A stretch of DNA of 64,000 nucleotides from assembly GCF_006345805.1 (NCBI RefSeq), contig NC_043018.1, positions 21,886,001 through 21,950,000 of the forward strand, read 5' to 3'. The translations under genes and the position numbers were made by a program. This stretch comes from Octopus sinensis (Eukaryota). Below the pieces are notes generated by a model. The model had not been told where the DNA came from and did no database searches. It saw only the letters and a program-made list of their open reading frames with translations. Positions 51,361 through 64,000 of the stretch are shown in pieces (the stretch's first letter is position 1; every line of letters begins with the position of its first letter).

Positions 51361-51841
51361 CATCATCATCATCATCATCGTTTAACGTCCGTTCTCCATG
51401 CTAGCATGGGTTGGACGGTTCGACCGGGGATCTGGGAAGCCAGAAGGCTGCACCAGGCTCCAGTCTTATCTGGCAATGTTTCTACAGCTGGATGCCCTTC
51501 CTAACGCCAACCACTCCGTGAGTGTAGTGGGTGCTTTTTACGTGCCAGCTGCACAGGGTGCCAGGCGAGGACAGCCTCACCTGGACCCCGTGCCGGTGGC
51601 ACGTAAAAAGCACCATCCGACCATGGCCGTTTGCCAGCCCCGTCTGGTACCTGTGCCGGTGGTACGTATAAAGCACCCACTACACTCACGGAGTGGTTGG
51701 CGTTAGGAAGGGCATCTAGCCGTAGACACATTGCCAGATCAGACTGGGCCTGGTGCAGCCTTCTGGCTTCCCAGACCCTAGTTGAACCGTCCAACCCATG
51801 CTAGCATGGAAAGCGGACACTAAATGATGATGATGATGATG
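51361..51841. mobile_element. Two family-C retroposons fused head-to-head (fold-back)
   Basis: (CAT)n tail on left, (GAT)n tail on right, ~185-bp arms, TTGACAT at 51354-60 and 51842-48. Confidence 0.85.
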
Positions 51842-52069
51842 TTGACATTCCTCAAAAACAGAATATAAAACTGCTTTACAGTTTGAGGGGATATATCTGA
51901 TTTTGGCAGTGAGTGGGTTAAGGAAAAGACAGTTTGTATCTTTTCTGAAGCCAAGTGAGGATCAATAAACACGTTTCTGCCTCAATAAGTATCATCAGCA
52001 CAGGATTGTCATTATCTTGAATTTGACCAGACTTTAACATTTAGAAATATACAAACGGTGTCCGGGAAC

Positions 52070-52461
52070 GGATCTTTTCAGTTTGAACGGCAGTTTTTAA
52101 CATAATTTCTAGGTAACTAAAAAATTTTAAATTCGTATACTGGTAGAATGTGCTTATAAAACATCTTTTTCTCTTGGCTTTATTGAGAAAATTCTATAGT
52201 TTGTAAGATATTTGTTGTTTTTTTTTCAATCAATCAATGACGTCCATTGAGGTAAAAAAAATTGTGCCATATGAATATGTCCCTCATTTAAGAAACATAT
52301 TGGGTTTATTTACATTTGTGAAGAAAAAAAAGATACCCTTCTCCCCACCACTAACCCTAAAACAGATTGAAATGCAATAGATCGATACTAGGGTCATAAT
52401 TATGGGTGACAATTTCATATGACACCGCTAGAAAAAACTGCCGTTCAAACCGAAAAGATCC
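52070..52461. mobile_element. MITE with 29-bp TIR and 8-bp TSD (Merlin-like GG ends, inferred)
   Basis: GGATCTTTTCAGTTTGAACGGCAGTTTTT / AAAAACTGCCGTTCAAACCGAAAAGATCC; CCGGGAAC / TCGGGAAC flanks; inverted partial copy at ~52925-53078. Confidence 0.8.
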
Positions 52462-53364
52462 TCGGGAACATTTATGGTATAGGGTAATTTGCATAATTAA
52501 AATGAGACAAATAACTCAGAATGACCAGTGGGTATGAATTCGGACAAGTTCACAAGCGTTTGTACAGGTTTCCGAGTATCTGATTGCACTCTTAAGATCA
52601 ACCCAAGGCTATCGGGTCCCAATACAGGCTTAGAGTGCCACACAATAGAAAATCTAATCCGGAACCATGTGGTTGCAACACGAAATTCTTCAACCTCAGA
52701 GCCATGCAGGTACTTGGGGTGTGCATGTCAGAGTTTGGCACAGTTTAATGCCATATTTTTTGGGGTGGGTGAGGGGCGTACGAAAACACGGTGTTGTGTT
52801 TAAAACGTTTACCCAACCACACACACACACACACACAAATAAACAGATAGATAAATACGGCACAGAATGTTTTTTTTACCTCAATAGACATCAGTGAGTG
52901 GTTGAAATTGCAGGAATTGAAGAAAAACAACAACAAATATCTTACAAACTATAGGATTTTCTCAATAAAGCCAAGAGAAAAAGATATTTTATAAACACAT
53001 TCTACCAGGATACGAAGTTTAAAATTTTTTTAGTTACCTAGAAATTGTTAAAAACTGTCGTTCAAACCGAAAAGATCCTATATGTATATATATATATTGT
53101 ACACACATATGTATAAATGTATATATATATATATATATTATACACACATATGTATAAATGTGTATATATATATATATATATATATTATATATTATACACA
53201 CATATGTATAAATGTGTTATATATATATATATTATACACACATATGTATAAATGTATATATATATAATATATATATATATAATATTATACACACATGTAT
53301 AAATGTATATATATATATACATATATTATACACACATGTATAAATGTATATATATATATATATA

Positions 53365-53403
<39 letters not shown>

Positions 53404-53804
53404 TATATATATTATACACATATGTATAAATGTATATATATATATAAATATTATACACATATGTATAAATGTATATATATATATATAAATATTATACACA
53501 CATATGTATAATGTATATATATATATAAATATTATACACATATGTATAAATGTATATATATATATATAAATATTATACACACATATGTATAAATGTATAT
53601 ATATATATATACATATATTATACACACATATGTGTGTGTGTGTGTAAATATATATATATTATACACACATACACAAGTGTCTTGTTACCAATATACTATA
53701 TATATATATATATATAATATTATATATATATTGGTCTTCTTTCTTCTGTCAATCTGCATTTTAAAACCATGTTATATATATATATACATGTACAGTCTAT
53801 GACA

Positions 53805-54145
53805 CACTTCCGGTTGTTTGAGCACCACGCATCCATGTGTGTGCGTGCGCGCGTGAAGGTGTGTTGAGGAGAGTGGGAGGAAGGGGTGGGGGCAGAGTGG
53901 GAGGAAGGGGTGGGGGCAGAGTGGGAGGAAGGGGTGGGGGGGGGCAGAGTCGAGGGAAAGATGTACGAAGCAGTGAGGCGAAGTAACGGTGCTTTGCGAG
54001 TCCTCCCGAGTTTAAATAGTAGACACGGTTGTTTGTCTCGTTGTGGAATGTCCAAACCTCGGAGAGAAGTCTCCCCCGTTTTTTGGATCCAGACATCGGC
54101 TGTGAGCACAGGTTCTACAATGCATGTGTCTGAAGGAGCCATTAT
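53805..54145. promoter_or_regulatory. Possible promoter/first-exon region
   Basis: CpG-rich unique island between microsatellites; ETS-type CACTTCCGG at 53805-53813; G-rich 24-mer x3 at 53871-53946. Confidence 0.3.
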
Positions 54146-54962
54146 GTATGTGTATGTGTGTGTATGTATGTATGTGTGTGTGTGTATGTGTGTATATGTA
54201 TATGTGTGTATGTATGTGTGTATGTATGTATGTATGTATGTGTATGTATGTATGTGTGTGTGTATGTATGTGTATATATGTGTGTATGTGTGTGTGTGCG
54301 TGCGATAAACCCTCGGTCCAGGGTCATCCACCAACCAGATGGACAATTTCAAATCATGTACAGATTAAAGAGGGAGAGAAGAAGGAAGCAGGGAGAGAGA
54401 CAGAGAAAGGGAAAGAGGGAAATATAGAGAAAGGGGGTAGAGAGAGAGAGAAGAGGGAAAGAAAGCGGAGAAGAGAGTCGGGAAGAGGGAGAAAAAAGAA
54501 ACGAGAGAGACAGAGAGAGAGCGTAACTCAAGAACGAGAATAAACTTGAGTACAACTGGAGTGTAACTCGAGTGACTACAAGGGAATGGATAGAGTCGCG
54601 GCTGGCAATACAGCTGAGAGCAAGCAACTTGTGTTATTATGTATGAGAGAAAATAGTCGTGTTTCTCATGGATAAATGTATGAGTGTGAATGAACATGTA
54701 TTTATAGCATGTACATACATACATACACACATTATATAAGTGAGGGGAGGGGAGCAGGCGATATATAAACGGGTACGTGAGTGTGTATGCTTGGTTGGTC
54801 CCCTAGTAAACTAGAAATAGCCGCCACGATTGCTTTTTTGCACACACTATATAATATTTCTGTCTCTACACCAATCACTCTGATCCTTGTCTCTTTTATC
54901 AGATATTTTTAACTAAACCGCTGAATACTCGCAGGTTACGCGCGCGGTGTGTGTGTAGATTG

Positions 54963-55007
<45 letters not shown>

Positions 55008-55010
55008 ATA

Positions 55011-55234
55011 TTTCTTTACTGCCCACAAGGGGCTAAACACAGAGAGGGCAAACAAGGACAGGCATAGGTATTAAGTCGATTACATCGAACCCCAGTGCGT
55101 AACTGGTACATATTTAATCGACCTCGAAAGGATGAAAGGCAAAGTCGACCTCGGCGGAATCTGAACTCAGAACGTGGCGGCAGACGAAATACCGCTAAGC
55201 ATTTCGCCCGGCGTGCTAACCTTTCTGCCAGCTC
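55011..55234 (-). mobile_element. OK-like SINE, 5'-clipped
   Basis: Collinear with 7457-7672; (TA)n on both sides. Confidence 0.85.
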
Positions 55235-55436
55235 ATATATATATATATATATATTTGTGTGTGTGTGTGTGTGTGTGTTTGTTGAGAGACAGACATATAT
55301 AACTTACAAACATAACATATACATCCATAGATGCGACATCTCTAGGCATACAATCCAGTTGTTTGTTCAATTAACTATATACTCATTAACTAGCACTGTA
55401 AAGCAGCCGAGTATTCTGCAGGTACATGTACCCTTA

Positions 55437-55667
55437 AGGCGGCGAGCTGGTAGAATCGTTAGCATGCCGGGCGAAATGCTTAGCGGTATTTCGTCTGCCG
55501 TTACGTTCTGAGTTCAAATTCCGCCGAGGTCGACTTTGTCTTTCATCCTTTCGAGGTCGATAAATTAAGTACCAGTTACGCACTGGGGTCGATGTAATCG
55601 ACTTAATCCCTTTGTCTGTCATTGTTTGTCTCCTCTGTGTTTAGCCCCTAGTGGGTAGTAAGGAAAT
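55437..55667 (+). mobile_element. OK-like SINE, full length
   Basis: 17-bp TSD AGGTACATGTACCCTTA at 55420-55436 and 55668-55684. Confidence 0.9.
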
Positions 55668-56228
55668 AGGTACATGTACCCTTAGAACGTAATTCTCGGA
55701 TCACTAACAAAGCACATATGAATGTATATGGCAAGACCGGCCTTTTTTTTTTTTGAATAACAGGTACAATCCAATCCTCTTCAAGGGCTCCAACGGAGTT
55801 TCTGCCAGACCAATTTCAATTCACAAGGTTTGGATCGGCCATAGACTTCGTTGAAGACAAGTTACCCAGTGGTTACAAAGTGGGGAGGAAGGAGGTCGAA
55901 CTCGGGACCTCATGATTGCGAAAAGAATTGCTTAAGACACACAGAGAAATATCTATACAACACGGAAAACGGCTGATAAGAAATACAGTAAGAATGAAAT
56001 AATACCGGCCATACATACATATATATATATACACACACATACATATATATACCACACACACACAAATAAAGGAATTCGTCAACGCAGGAAGGCTGAGGAA
56101 CTAACAGGATGTGGTGACAGTCATGTTTTTCTTAAAAGATATTTAACAAATCAGAGAAGCTTAATTTCTACTACCAAGTCTCAAGATATGTACGAAATGG
56201 GAAAGTGTGTACATGGATATATATATAT

Positions 56229-56371
56229 CATCATCATCGTTTAACGTCCGTTCTCCATGCTAGCATGGGTTGGACGGTTCGACCGGGGATCTGGGAAGCC
56301 AGAAGGCTGCACCAGGCTCGTCTTATCTGGCAATGTTTCTACAGCTGGATGCCCTTCCTAACGCCAACCAC
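56229..56371 (-). mobile_element. Family-C retroposon, 5'-truncated young copy in (TA)n
   Basis: Matches 49904-50052 except a short deletion; (TA)n both sides. Confidence 0.85.
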
Positions 56372-56439
56372 TTAATATATATATATATAGTGTATGTGTG
56401 TATGTATATATATATGTGTGTGTTATGAACAAAATATGT

Positions 56440-57830
56440 TGAGTTATCTTTTCAAATTCTGTGTTCAAATTCCGCTCAGGCCAACCTTGCCTTTCATCCA
56501 ACCGCATAATACCAGTTATGTACTGAGGTTAGTTGACTCACTAAATCGGTCCACGTTTTGATTTGAACACTCGTTGATGTTGACTTAAGCAAGGGTCGAT
56601 AAAATAAATAACAGTAATGTACTCGGGTTACGCTTCAGTCACCAAAACCCAGACACAAAAAGTGGTCGTGGCGGTGGAGAACAGTGGACTAAATCAACAC
56701 CAGTATATAACTGGTACTTAGCTCAAGGGCCAAGAAACTATGAAAGCCAAACTGGATGTCGGGTAGGATTTGAACTCGGAACGAAAAAGGTACTCTGTTC
56801 GGTAATGTTCGTCCGGCCGACACATCACTCGACCTGCTAGAAATAGCAACCAATAATCTACTTCAAATCACATAATACCACTTTAAAAGAGGGACAAATA
56901 ATAGTGGAACAAAATAAGAACTTGAACTGGTCAGAACTGGAATGTCTTTGGTCAAAGATCTGTTTGATCAGGTTTGACCTCGGCTAAACAACTAAAATAA
57001 TATCGAATATTTAATATGTAACAATAATAATACTTTCTCTTATAGGCACAAGGCCTGAAATTTGAGAACAAGAGAACTCGTCGATTATATCGACCCTAGG
57101 ACTTGATTGCTACTCATTTTATGAACCCCGAAAGGATGAAAGGCAAAGTTGAGCTCGACGGTATTTGAACTCAGAACGTAAAGAACCGTAAACAATGCTG
57201 CTAACCATTTTGTCCGACTCGTTAACGATTCTGCCAGTACTCCACTTTTTTTTTTTTTTAAACGAAGGTTTCAAATTAATGTACGAAGCCACCAATTTTG
57301 AGGGGATGGGGTGGCTGGTTTAATCGATGTCCTCGATCCTAGTACTTTATTTTATCGATCTTGAAAAGATGAATGGTAATGCTGACCTCGGTGGGATTCG
57401 AACTTAGAACGTAGAAAATCGGAAGAAATACAGCAAAGGTAGTTTGTGTGACGCTCCAGGAGGATTCGGTCAACCTAACAATATTGTTTCTGGTATAAAG
57501 TACAGACTGGATTTTTTTTTAAGCAAAGGTGGGGGTACGTCGATTGCATCTAACCCAGTACTTGACAAGTGCTCTATTTCATCGACCCCGGAGGGATGAA
57601 AAGACAAAACTGGGCTCGGCGGGATTTGAACTCAGAACAACAAATGAATACCGGGACGAAAAACCGCGAGGTATTTACTCTCTTTTACTCTTTTACTTGT
57701 TTCAGTCATTTGACTGCGGCCATGCTGGAGCACCGCTTTTAATCGAGCAACTCGACCCCGGGACTTATTCTTTTGTAAGCCCAGTACTTATGCTATCGGT
57801 CTCTTTTGCCGAACCGCTAAGTAACGCGTC
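56440..57830. mobile_element. Pile-up of old SINE fragments
   Basis: At least four decayed GGATGAAAGGCAAAG/TTTGAACTCAGAAC modules and a family-B tail at 57678-57825. Confidence 0.7.
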
Positions 57831-58341
57831 CGATGCTCTAACAATTTCACCAAAATAAATAAATGATATTTATAAGACGGGTGGATAGGAAGGAACAGAG
57901 TGGGTATGGATAAACGGCACCGATCCAATAAATTTTAACTTGGCATTTTTCTGGTCCAGCCCCAGCGGAATGGAAACGAAGGAAGACTCAGATGGAATTT
58001 GAACTAAGGCAACCCCCTTCTCTCTCTGTTGCTTACGGTCGCTTCCACCGCAGTAATTAATAATTTGGTGAGTTCTAATTTTGGAACGAAGTCGCAATTT
58101 TTGGCATGGTGGTGGTGATGGAGGTGGTGATGGAAGCGGTAGAGACGGACGGAGCGTGTGCGTGCGTGTGAAGAGGGTGGGGGAGAAATAATCGATCGAT
58201 TCCGCCCCACCCATGGTACTTTATTATTATTATTTTATTTATCGATCTCCCAGAGGAATTAAAAATCAGGAAGGTAAAAGGGACATAACTATACACTTCA
58301 GGGGCATTTAATCCGGCTCTCTTCTCATTCCACCACCTTTT

Positions 58342-58375
<34 letters not shown>

Positions 58376-60122
58376 TGATTAACAGTTGTAATTATCTTTT
58401 ATCTACAAGGGCGACGGATAAGGAGGTGGGGTGGGGCAAGGTAGGAAAATATTACAAAGGCAAATTACAACCACAAAAATAAAGTTGTTTAGCCACAGGT
58501 CAGTCAGCCCTGACCAAGCAGACAGACAGAGAAGTGTAGTTAGTCAAAGGCATACCATGACCATCACGCCGTTTCCCGGTGTTTGGAGCAAAGGTAACAG
58601 GATATTATCTGACCTGACGTGACCTTTTTTATTTTTTTATTTTTTCTCTAAGACGGTAGAGTGCATGACTTCTTGAGGGAGATTTGACTGCTATTTCTAG
58701 CAGCCCGAAAGACTATAAACAAGCTTCTGGGGTTTGGGGGGAGGGCAGGAAACAACCACCCATCCACTCACCCAGTATTTAATAACTGGTATTTATTTTA
58801 TCCGCTACATTTCCTCCCCATGGAAACATGGAAAACAAAGTAAACCAAAGCCACATGAAAATTTTTTTTAAAAAACGTAGAAAAAATTATAATTATAGCA
58901 AATTTCAATAATAATAATAATAATAATTAGCATCAGCATTATCAGTATGCGAAATTAATTTTGCAGCAAAAATAAAAACCCAGTGTAACACCACAAATAT
59001 TAACTATTATTAATAATAATAGTAGTAATAATAATATTCGATGTCCAGCCCTGCAAAGGGCGGGAATCGAACTCACAAGTGCTAAGGGTCTGGGAGCTAT
59101 ATTATTCATCATATACATACAACAGTGTAATTTCGGTACAACAATGACGACTACGCCATCAATACTAATTGTCTTAATTTAAACAACGAATTAGGTGGAG
59201 TGCAACTAAGAAATTATAATAATGATCTTAATTAAGCATAAAGTCACCTAACAGATTTTTATTTATTTATTTATCATCACCCTCATTATTATTACTATTG
59301 TTTTCATTAAGATTATTATCTGTTGTCATGATTATTATTATTATTATTATTATTATTTTCATTATTAGTTCTATTACCACTACTACTACTGTATATATAA
59401 TGATCGTTTCTTAATTAGAAAGAGACTTAACGTAAGGAATTATTATTAGTAGAAGTAGTATTGTTGTTATTATTATTATTATCATGATTGCTATTATCAT
59501 CATCATCATCATCACTACCATCTACATCATTATCATCAATTTCTAATTAGTTTCTAGGTAAAAATGTGGTTAATCTTTTAGAATATAATGTTGAGCGGTG
59601 CGTGCGCGCGTGAACGATGTGCGTGTGTGTGTCAATGCGTTGTTAAAAGGTATATATGTGTATGTGTCAGTAAAAGGTGTGTGTATATCCTTGTGTATGT
59701 ATGTATGTATCTATGTATATATATATATATTTATGTATATGAATGTACATACAATCGTGTATACGTGGTTGGTTGTTGTCTTACAATTGCCAAGGGTCAT
59801 TTCTAAACAGGCTGGATATGTGTACGGGGCAAGGGTGGGATGCAATGTTCTGGAAGGGAATGGGTAGGAAGAGAAGTCCCTAAATAATTGAAGTGCCTGC
59901 CAATGGAATAAATAAGTCAGGTCTCCCGAGAGAGAGAGAGAGTAGGGGGGAATAAAAGAAGTAAGACAAGGCAAGTGGGAAGATGAGAGTTCTAGCAGAG
60001 CTCTTGAGACCTTCCTGCATGCAGACGTTTCCACACTAGGAACGAACCGTTTTTCTGCCATCCCTGCACAATTTATACACGCACACACACACATACATAC
60101 AGAGTTGAGATAAGTGTGTGTG

Positions 60123-60162
<40 letters not shown>

Positions 60163-60358
60163 TAGATAGATATATATAGATATATATATATATATATGTA
60201 TGTATGTATGTATATGTATGTATGTGTATATATATATGTGTGCGTGTATATATATATAATCATGTATGTATGTATGCATAGATAGGTACAGGATCAGAGG
60301 TGCGCGCGAACATACATATATGAAATCACACACGTATATATCGTGTATATGTGTGTGC

Positions 60359-60411
<53 letters not shown>

Positions 60412-61014
60412 AACACACAATTTATAGCTAGAGAGAGTGGAATATGTTCGAAATTCCTAGTTGTGTGTGTATATATATAGATAGATAGATAGATAGATAT
60501 AGATATATATATATATAGAGAGAGATATATATATATATAATTACTGTACGTACATAAAGATAAATTGAATTTATATATACACACACACACACATACGTTT
60601 GTGTGTGTGAGAGTGTGCATAAGAGAGAATGGTAAATTGACAGCTAGCTAGCTATTTGGCTATTCCGGCAACACAGATAGGTAGATAGATAGAGGAATAT
60701 CTGTGGTACACTCCAACAGTACTGCCGGACACACAGATGGAAGACCAACCGACAGAACACACACACACGCATATATATTATATACAAATATATATATACA
60801 TACATATGCATATACATACACACTAAAACCCAGAATGATAGAATACATGTTATATTTATTATATACAGGCATATATATATATATATATTTGGGTATAGAT
60901 GTGTATACATATATAGAGAGAAACATACATATAGAGATCATATATATAGGAATACATAAACACACACAGGTAGAGAAAACACGCACAGATACATACATAC
61001 ATACATACATACAT

Positions 61015-61323
61015 ACAAACGTAGATGTTTATATATTTACATACATATATACATACAGTTATACATAGAGAGAATGTTTTATATATATATATATATATAT
61101 ATGTACATAACACAGATATATTTATAAATATATACATATAGAGGGATATATATATATACATACTGAATACACATATAGACACACACACACCGAAATATAT
61201 ATATATATATACATATAGATACACACACACCGAAATATATATATACATATAGATACACACACACACATATATATATACATACAGACGTAGATGTTTATAT
61301 ATTTACATACATATATAACAGAG

Positions 61324-61374
<51 letters not shown>

Positions 61375-61619
61375 ACACAGACACATTTATAAATACATAC
61401 ATACATATAGAGGGATATATATATACACTGAATACACATATATAGTCACACACACACCGAAATATATATATATATATATATATATAGATACACACACACA
61501 TATATATACACACACACCGAAATAATATATATCTATATATAGACATATAGATACACAACACAATATATATATACATACAGACGTAGATGTTTATATATTT
61601 ACATACATATATAACAGAG

Positions 61620-61651
<32 letters not shown>

Positions 61652-61870
61652 CTATATATATATACATAACACAGACACATTTATAAATACATACATACAT
61701 ATAGAGGGATATATATATACATACTGAATACACATATATAGTCACACACACACCGAAATATATATATATAGATACACACACATATATATACACACACACA
61801 CACATATATATATATATACACATACACGCATATATATATATATATGTAGGAATATACATACATACATATA
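61015..61870. repeat. Compound TA/CA minisatellite, ~265-295-bp period
   Basis: ACGTAGATGTTTATATATTTACATACAT and CACACACCGAAATATAT recur three or more times. Confidence 0.75.
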
Positions 61871-62354
61871 TATATAGACACAGTGCTTCATAGAGACAGG
61901 CTGAGAGAGAGAGAGGTGGAAGAGTGAATGTGGTGGAGTGAATTATTAAAGAGACAATAAAGAGAGCCTGGACAAAAATAAACAATGTTTTAACGTAGAC
62001 AAAATAGTAAATAATGTTTCCAAGTAATGGTTTTACTATATTATAGTAAACACAAATGGCTAAACACATCTTTAACCAGACATAATAACTAAATAGACAG
62101 AAAATAGATATGACCTGTTCTTTTGTCGAAAACTGCTGCTGCTGCTGTTGATGTTGTTGTTGTTCTAACTACTACTGCTGCTGCTGCCTTCTCTGCCTCT
62201 CATTCACTCACTAACTCTCTGTCTATCTAATTCCATGCTACCTCCCTTACTCTTTCCTGTCTGTCTTCTTTCTCTATGTCTCCCTTACTCTTTCCTGTCT
62301 GTCTCTTTCTCTGTGTCTCTCCCTTACTCTTTCCTGTCTGTCTGTCTTCTTCTC

Positions 62355-62640
62355 TATGTCTCTCTCTTACTCTTTTTCTCCCTCTCTGTTTCTCATCCTT
62401 TACACCCTCACTTGATTCTCTTACTTATAAACTAGCACCTCTCTGTCTCTCTTTCTCTCTCTTACTCTTTTTCTCCCTCTCTGTTTCTCATCCTTTACAC
62501 CCTCACTTGATTCTCTTACTTATAAACTAGCACCTCTCTGTCTCTCTTTCTCTCTCTTACTCTTTTTCTCCCTCTCTGTTTCTCATCCTTTACACCCCTC
62601 ACTTGATTCTCTTACTTATAAACTAGCACCTCTCTGTCTC
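62355..62640. repeat. 95-bp CT-rich tandem repeat, ~3 copies
   Basis: ACTAGCACCTCTCTGTC at 62431, 62526, 62622. Confidence 0.85.
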
Positions 62641-64000
62641 TCTCTTTCTCTGTCTCTCTTTCATTGCATGAAACCTCCCTCCCTTCTTTCTATTTGTCTG
62701 TCTCTCTCTTACACTCTTACTCTTTCACTTCGTTTACTCCTTCTACTATTTCTTTCATTTATAAACTAACCCTCTCTATCTCTTATTACATGCTACTCCC
62801 TCACTCCTTTCTGTCTTTCTCCCTCTCTCACTTTCTCTCTTACAAAATCTCTTATAAACTAAGATTCTCTCTCATTTAATGATAACTCTCTTACCCCTCT
62901 CTTTCTCAATATTCAATGATTCTCATACTATTCCTCTTGCTTACTTCCTCTTTCTCTTATTGATCCCCCTCTGCCTATTTATTTATTATTTCTTTTACCA
63001 TTCCTCTCATTTACCACTCTCTCTCTCTCTATCTATCTTCATGCTATGATATTACCCTTTATCTCTCTCATCATTCACTGATTCTCCTTCTCTACCTCTC
63101 TCATTACTTAATGCTTCTCTTCCTATTCCTCCTTCTCTCCCTCACATATTTACTACATCTCTGTACTCACTCTCTCATATCATGTTACCTCACTTAACTC
63201 TCTCTCTCTCTCACACACATTTATATATATACTTCTCATCACTTACTCTCTCATACTGTTACTTCTCTAAAACTCACTCTCTCAAACTCAGACCAAACTA
63301 CCTTTCTTACTCCCCTTCCTCTCTTTCATCATTCACAGACTCTCCAATTGATCCACCTCCCTCATTCACTTTACTTCATCTCTTCCCCTCTCTAACCATT
63401 CTCTCTCTCTCTCTCTATTCAGTCAGAAACACCACTCACCTTGCTATCTCTCTCCTCATCTCTTCATTTATTTTATCTAAAACATACTAAAATCACTCAC
63501 ATTTTTTTTTTTCATTTTCCCCTTCATTCTCTCTCATTCCATATATTTCACAATCTATCTCTTCCTTCACTTACTTCGTCTTAATCCATCCCTTTTTTCT
63601 TCTCACCCACTATTTCTTGTGCCCTTCATTCACACCGCTCCCCCTTTAAACCCTTCTTCCATAGTTTCAAGCGGATGTATGTGTGTGTAATTATCCAACC
63701 GTGCCAAACACAAGTTTATGCGTATGTGTGCGTATCTGTACTTGCGTGTACTCCGTATGTATGTATGTGTATATATATATATGTGTGTGTGTATCTGTAT
63801 GAATGTGCGTGCCTCTGTAACCTATGCGTCATTATGTGCGGGGCTTAGGAGCAGGAAACGTGTTGAGCGCATGCGTATAAACAGCACGATAAAAACAGCT
63901 GTAGGAGGAGGAGGGAGAGGAGAGACGGTAGTAGAGGGAGGAAGTATGGCGAAGAGAGAGTAGCAGGTGACTACACATAGTTAGAGAGAGTGACTGGAAA

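Noticed and set aside
51968-52001. CTGATGA...GAAACGTG on minus strand as a hammerhead
   Set aside because: Helix II barely pairs and the cleavage triplet would end in G; at most a decayed relic.

Overview
Eukaryotic, very AT-rich, repeat-saturated DNA; the SINE/LINE/MITE repertoire looks like an octopus (coleoid cephalopod) genome (inference from family resemblance). No complete gene, tRNA, rRNA or CRISPR array can be supported, and nearly all listed ORFs are microsatellite artefacts; only a few short candidate exons remain, none identified. Recognisable mobile DNA: several tRNA-headed SINE families (some with clean TSDs), fossil LINE pieces (CR1 3' end, RTE ORF2, an R4/Dong-type CCHC + restriction-like endonuclease), TTAA-, 8-bp-TSD and Helitron-type non-autonomous DNA elements. 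Best leads: (1) a (TA)n-bounded 395-bp head-to-tail dimer in which each unit carries a type-I hammerhead ribozyme fold with a palindromic helix III (5.37-6.14 kb, minus), plus four more minimal hammerhead-like motifs in short (TA)n-embedded repeats; (2) 13 copies of a constant 116-bp unit separated by variable (TAA)n, at the tail of the R4/Dong fossil (16.3-18.3 kb); (3) a ~317-bp satellite with a 3-unit higher-order repeat (20.5-22.4 kb); (4) unusual retroposition products (a SINE trimer inside one 15-bp TSD, a head-to-head SINE fold-back inside a 7-bp direct repeat). All coordinates were read by eye; ribozyme activity and family names are untested.
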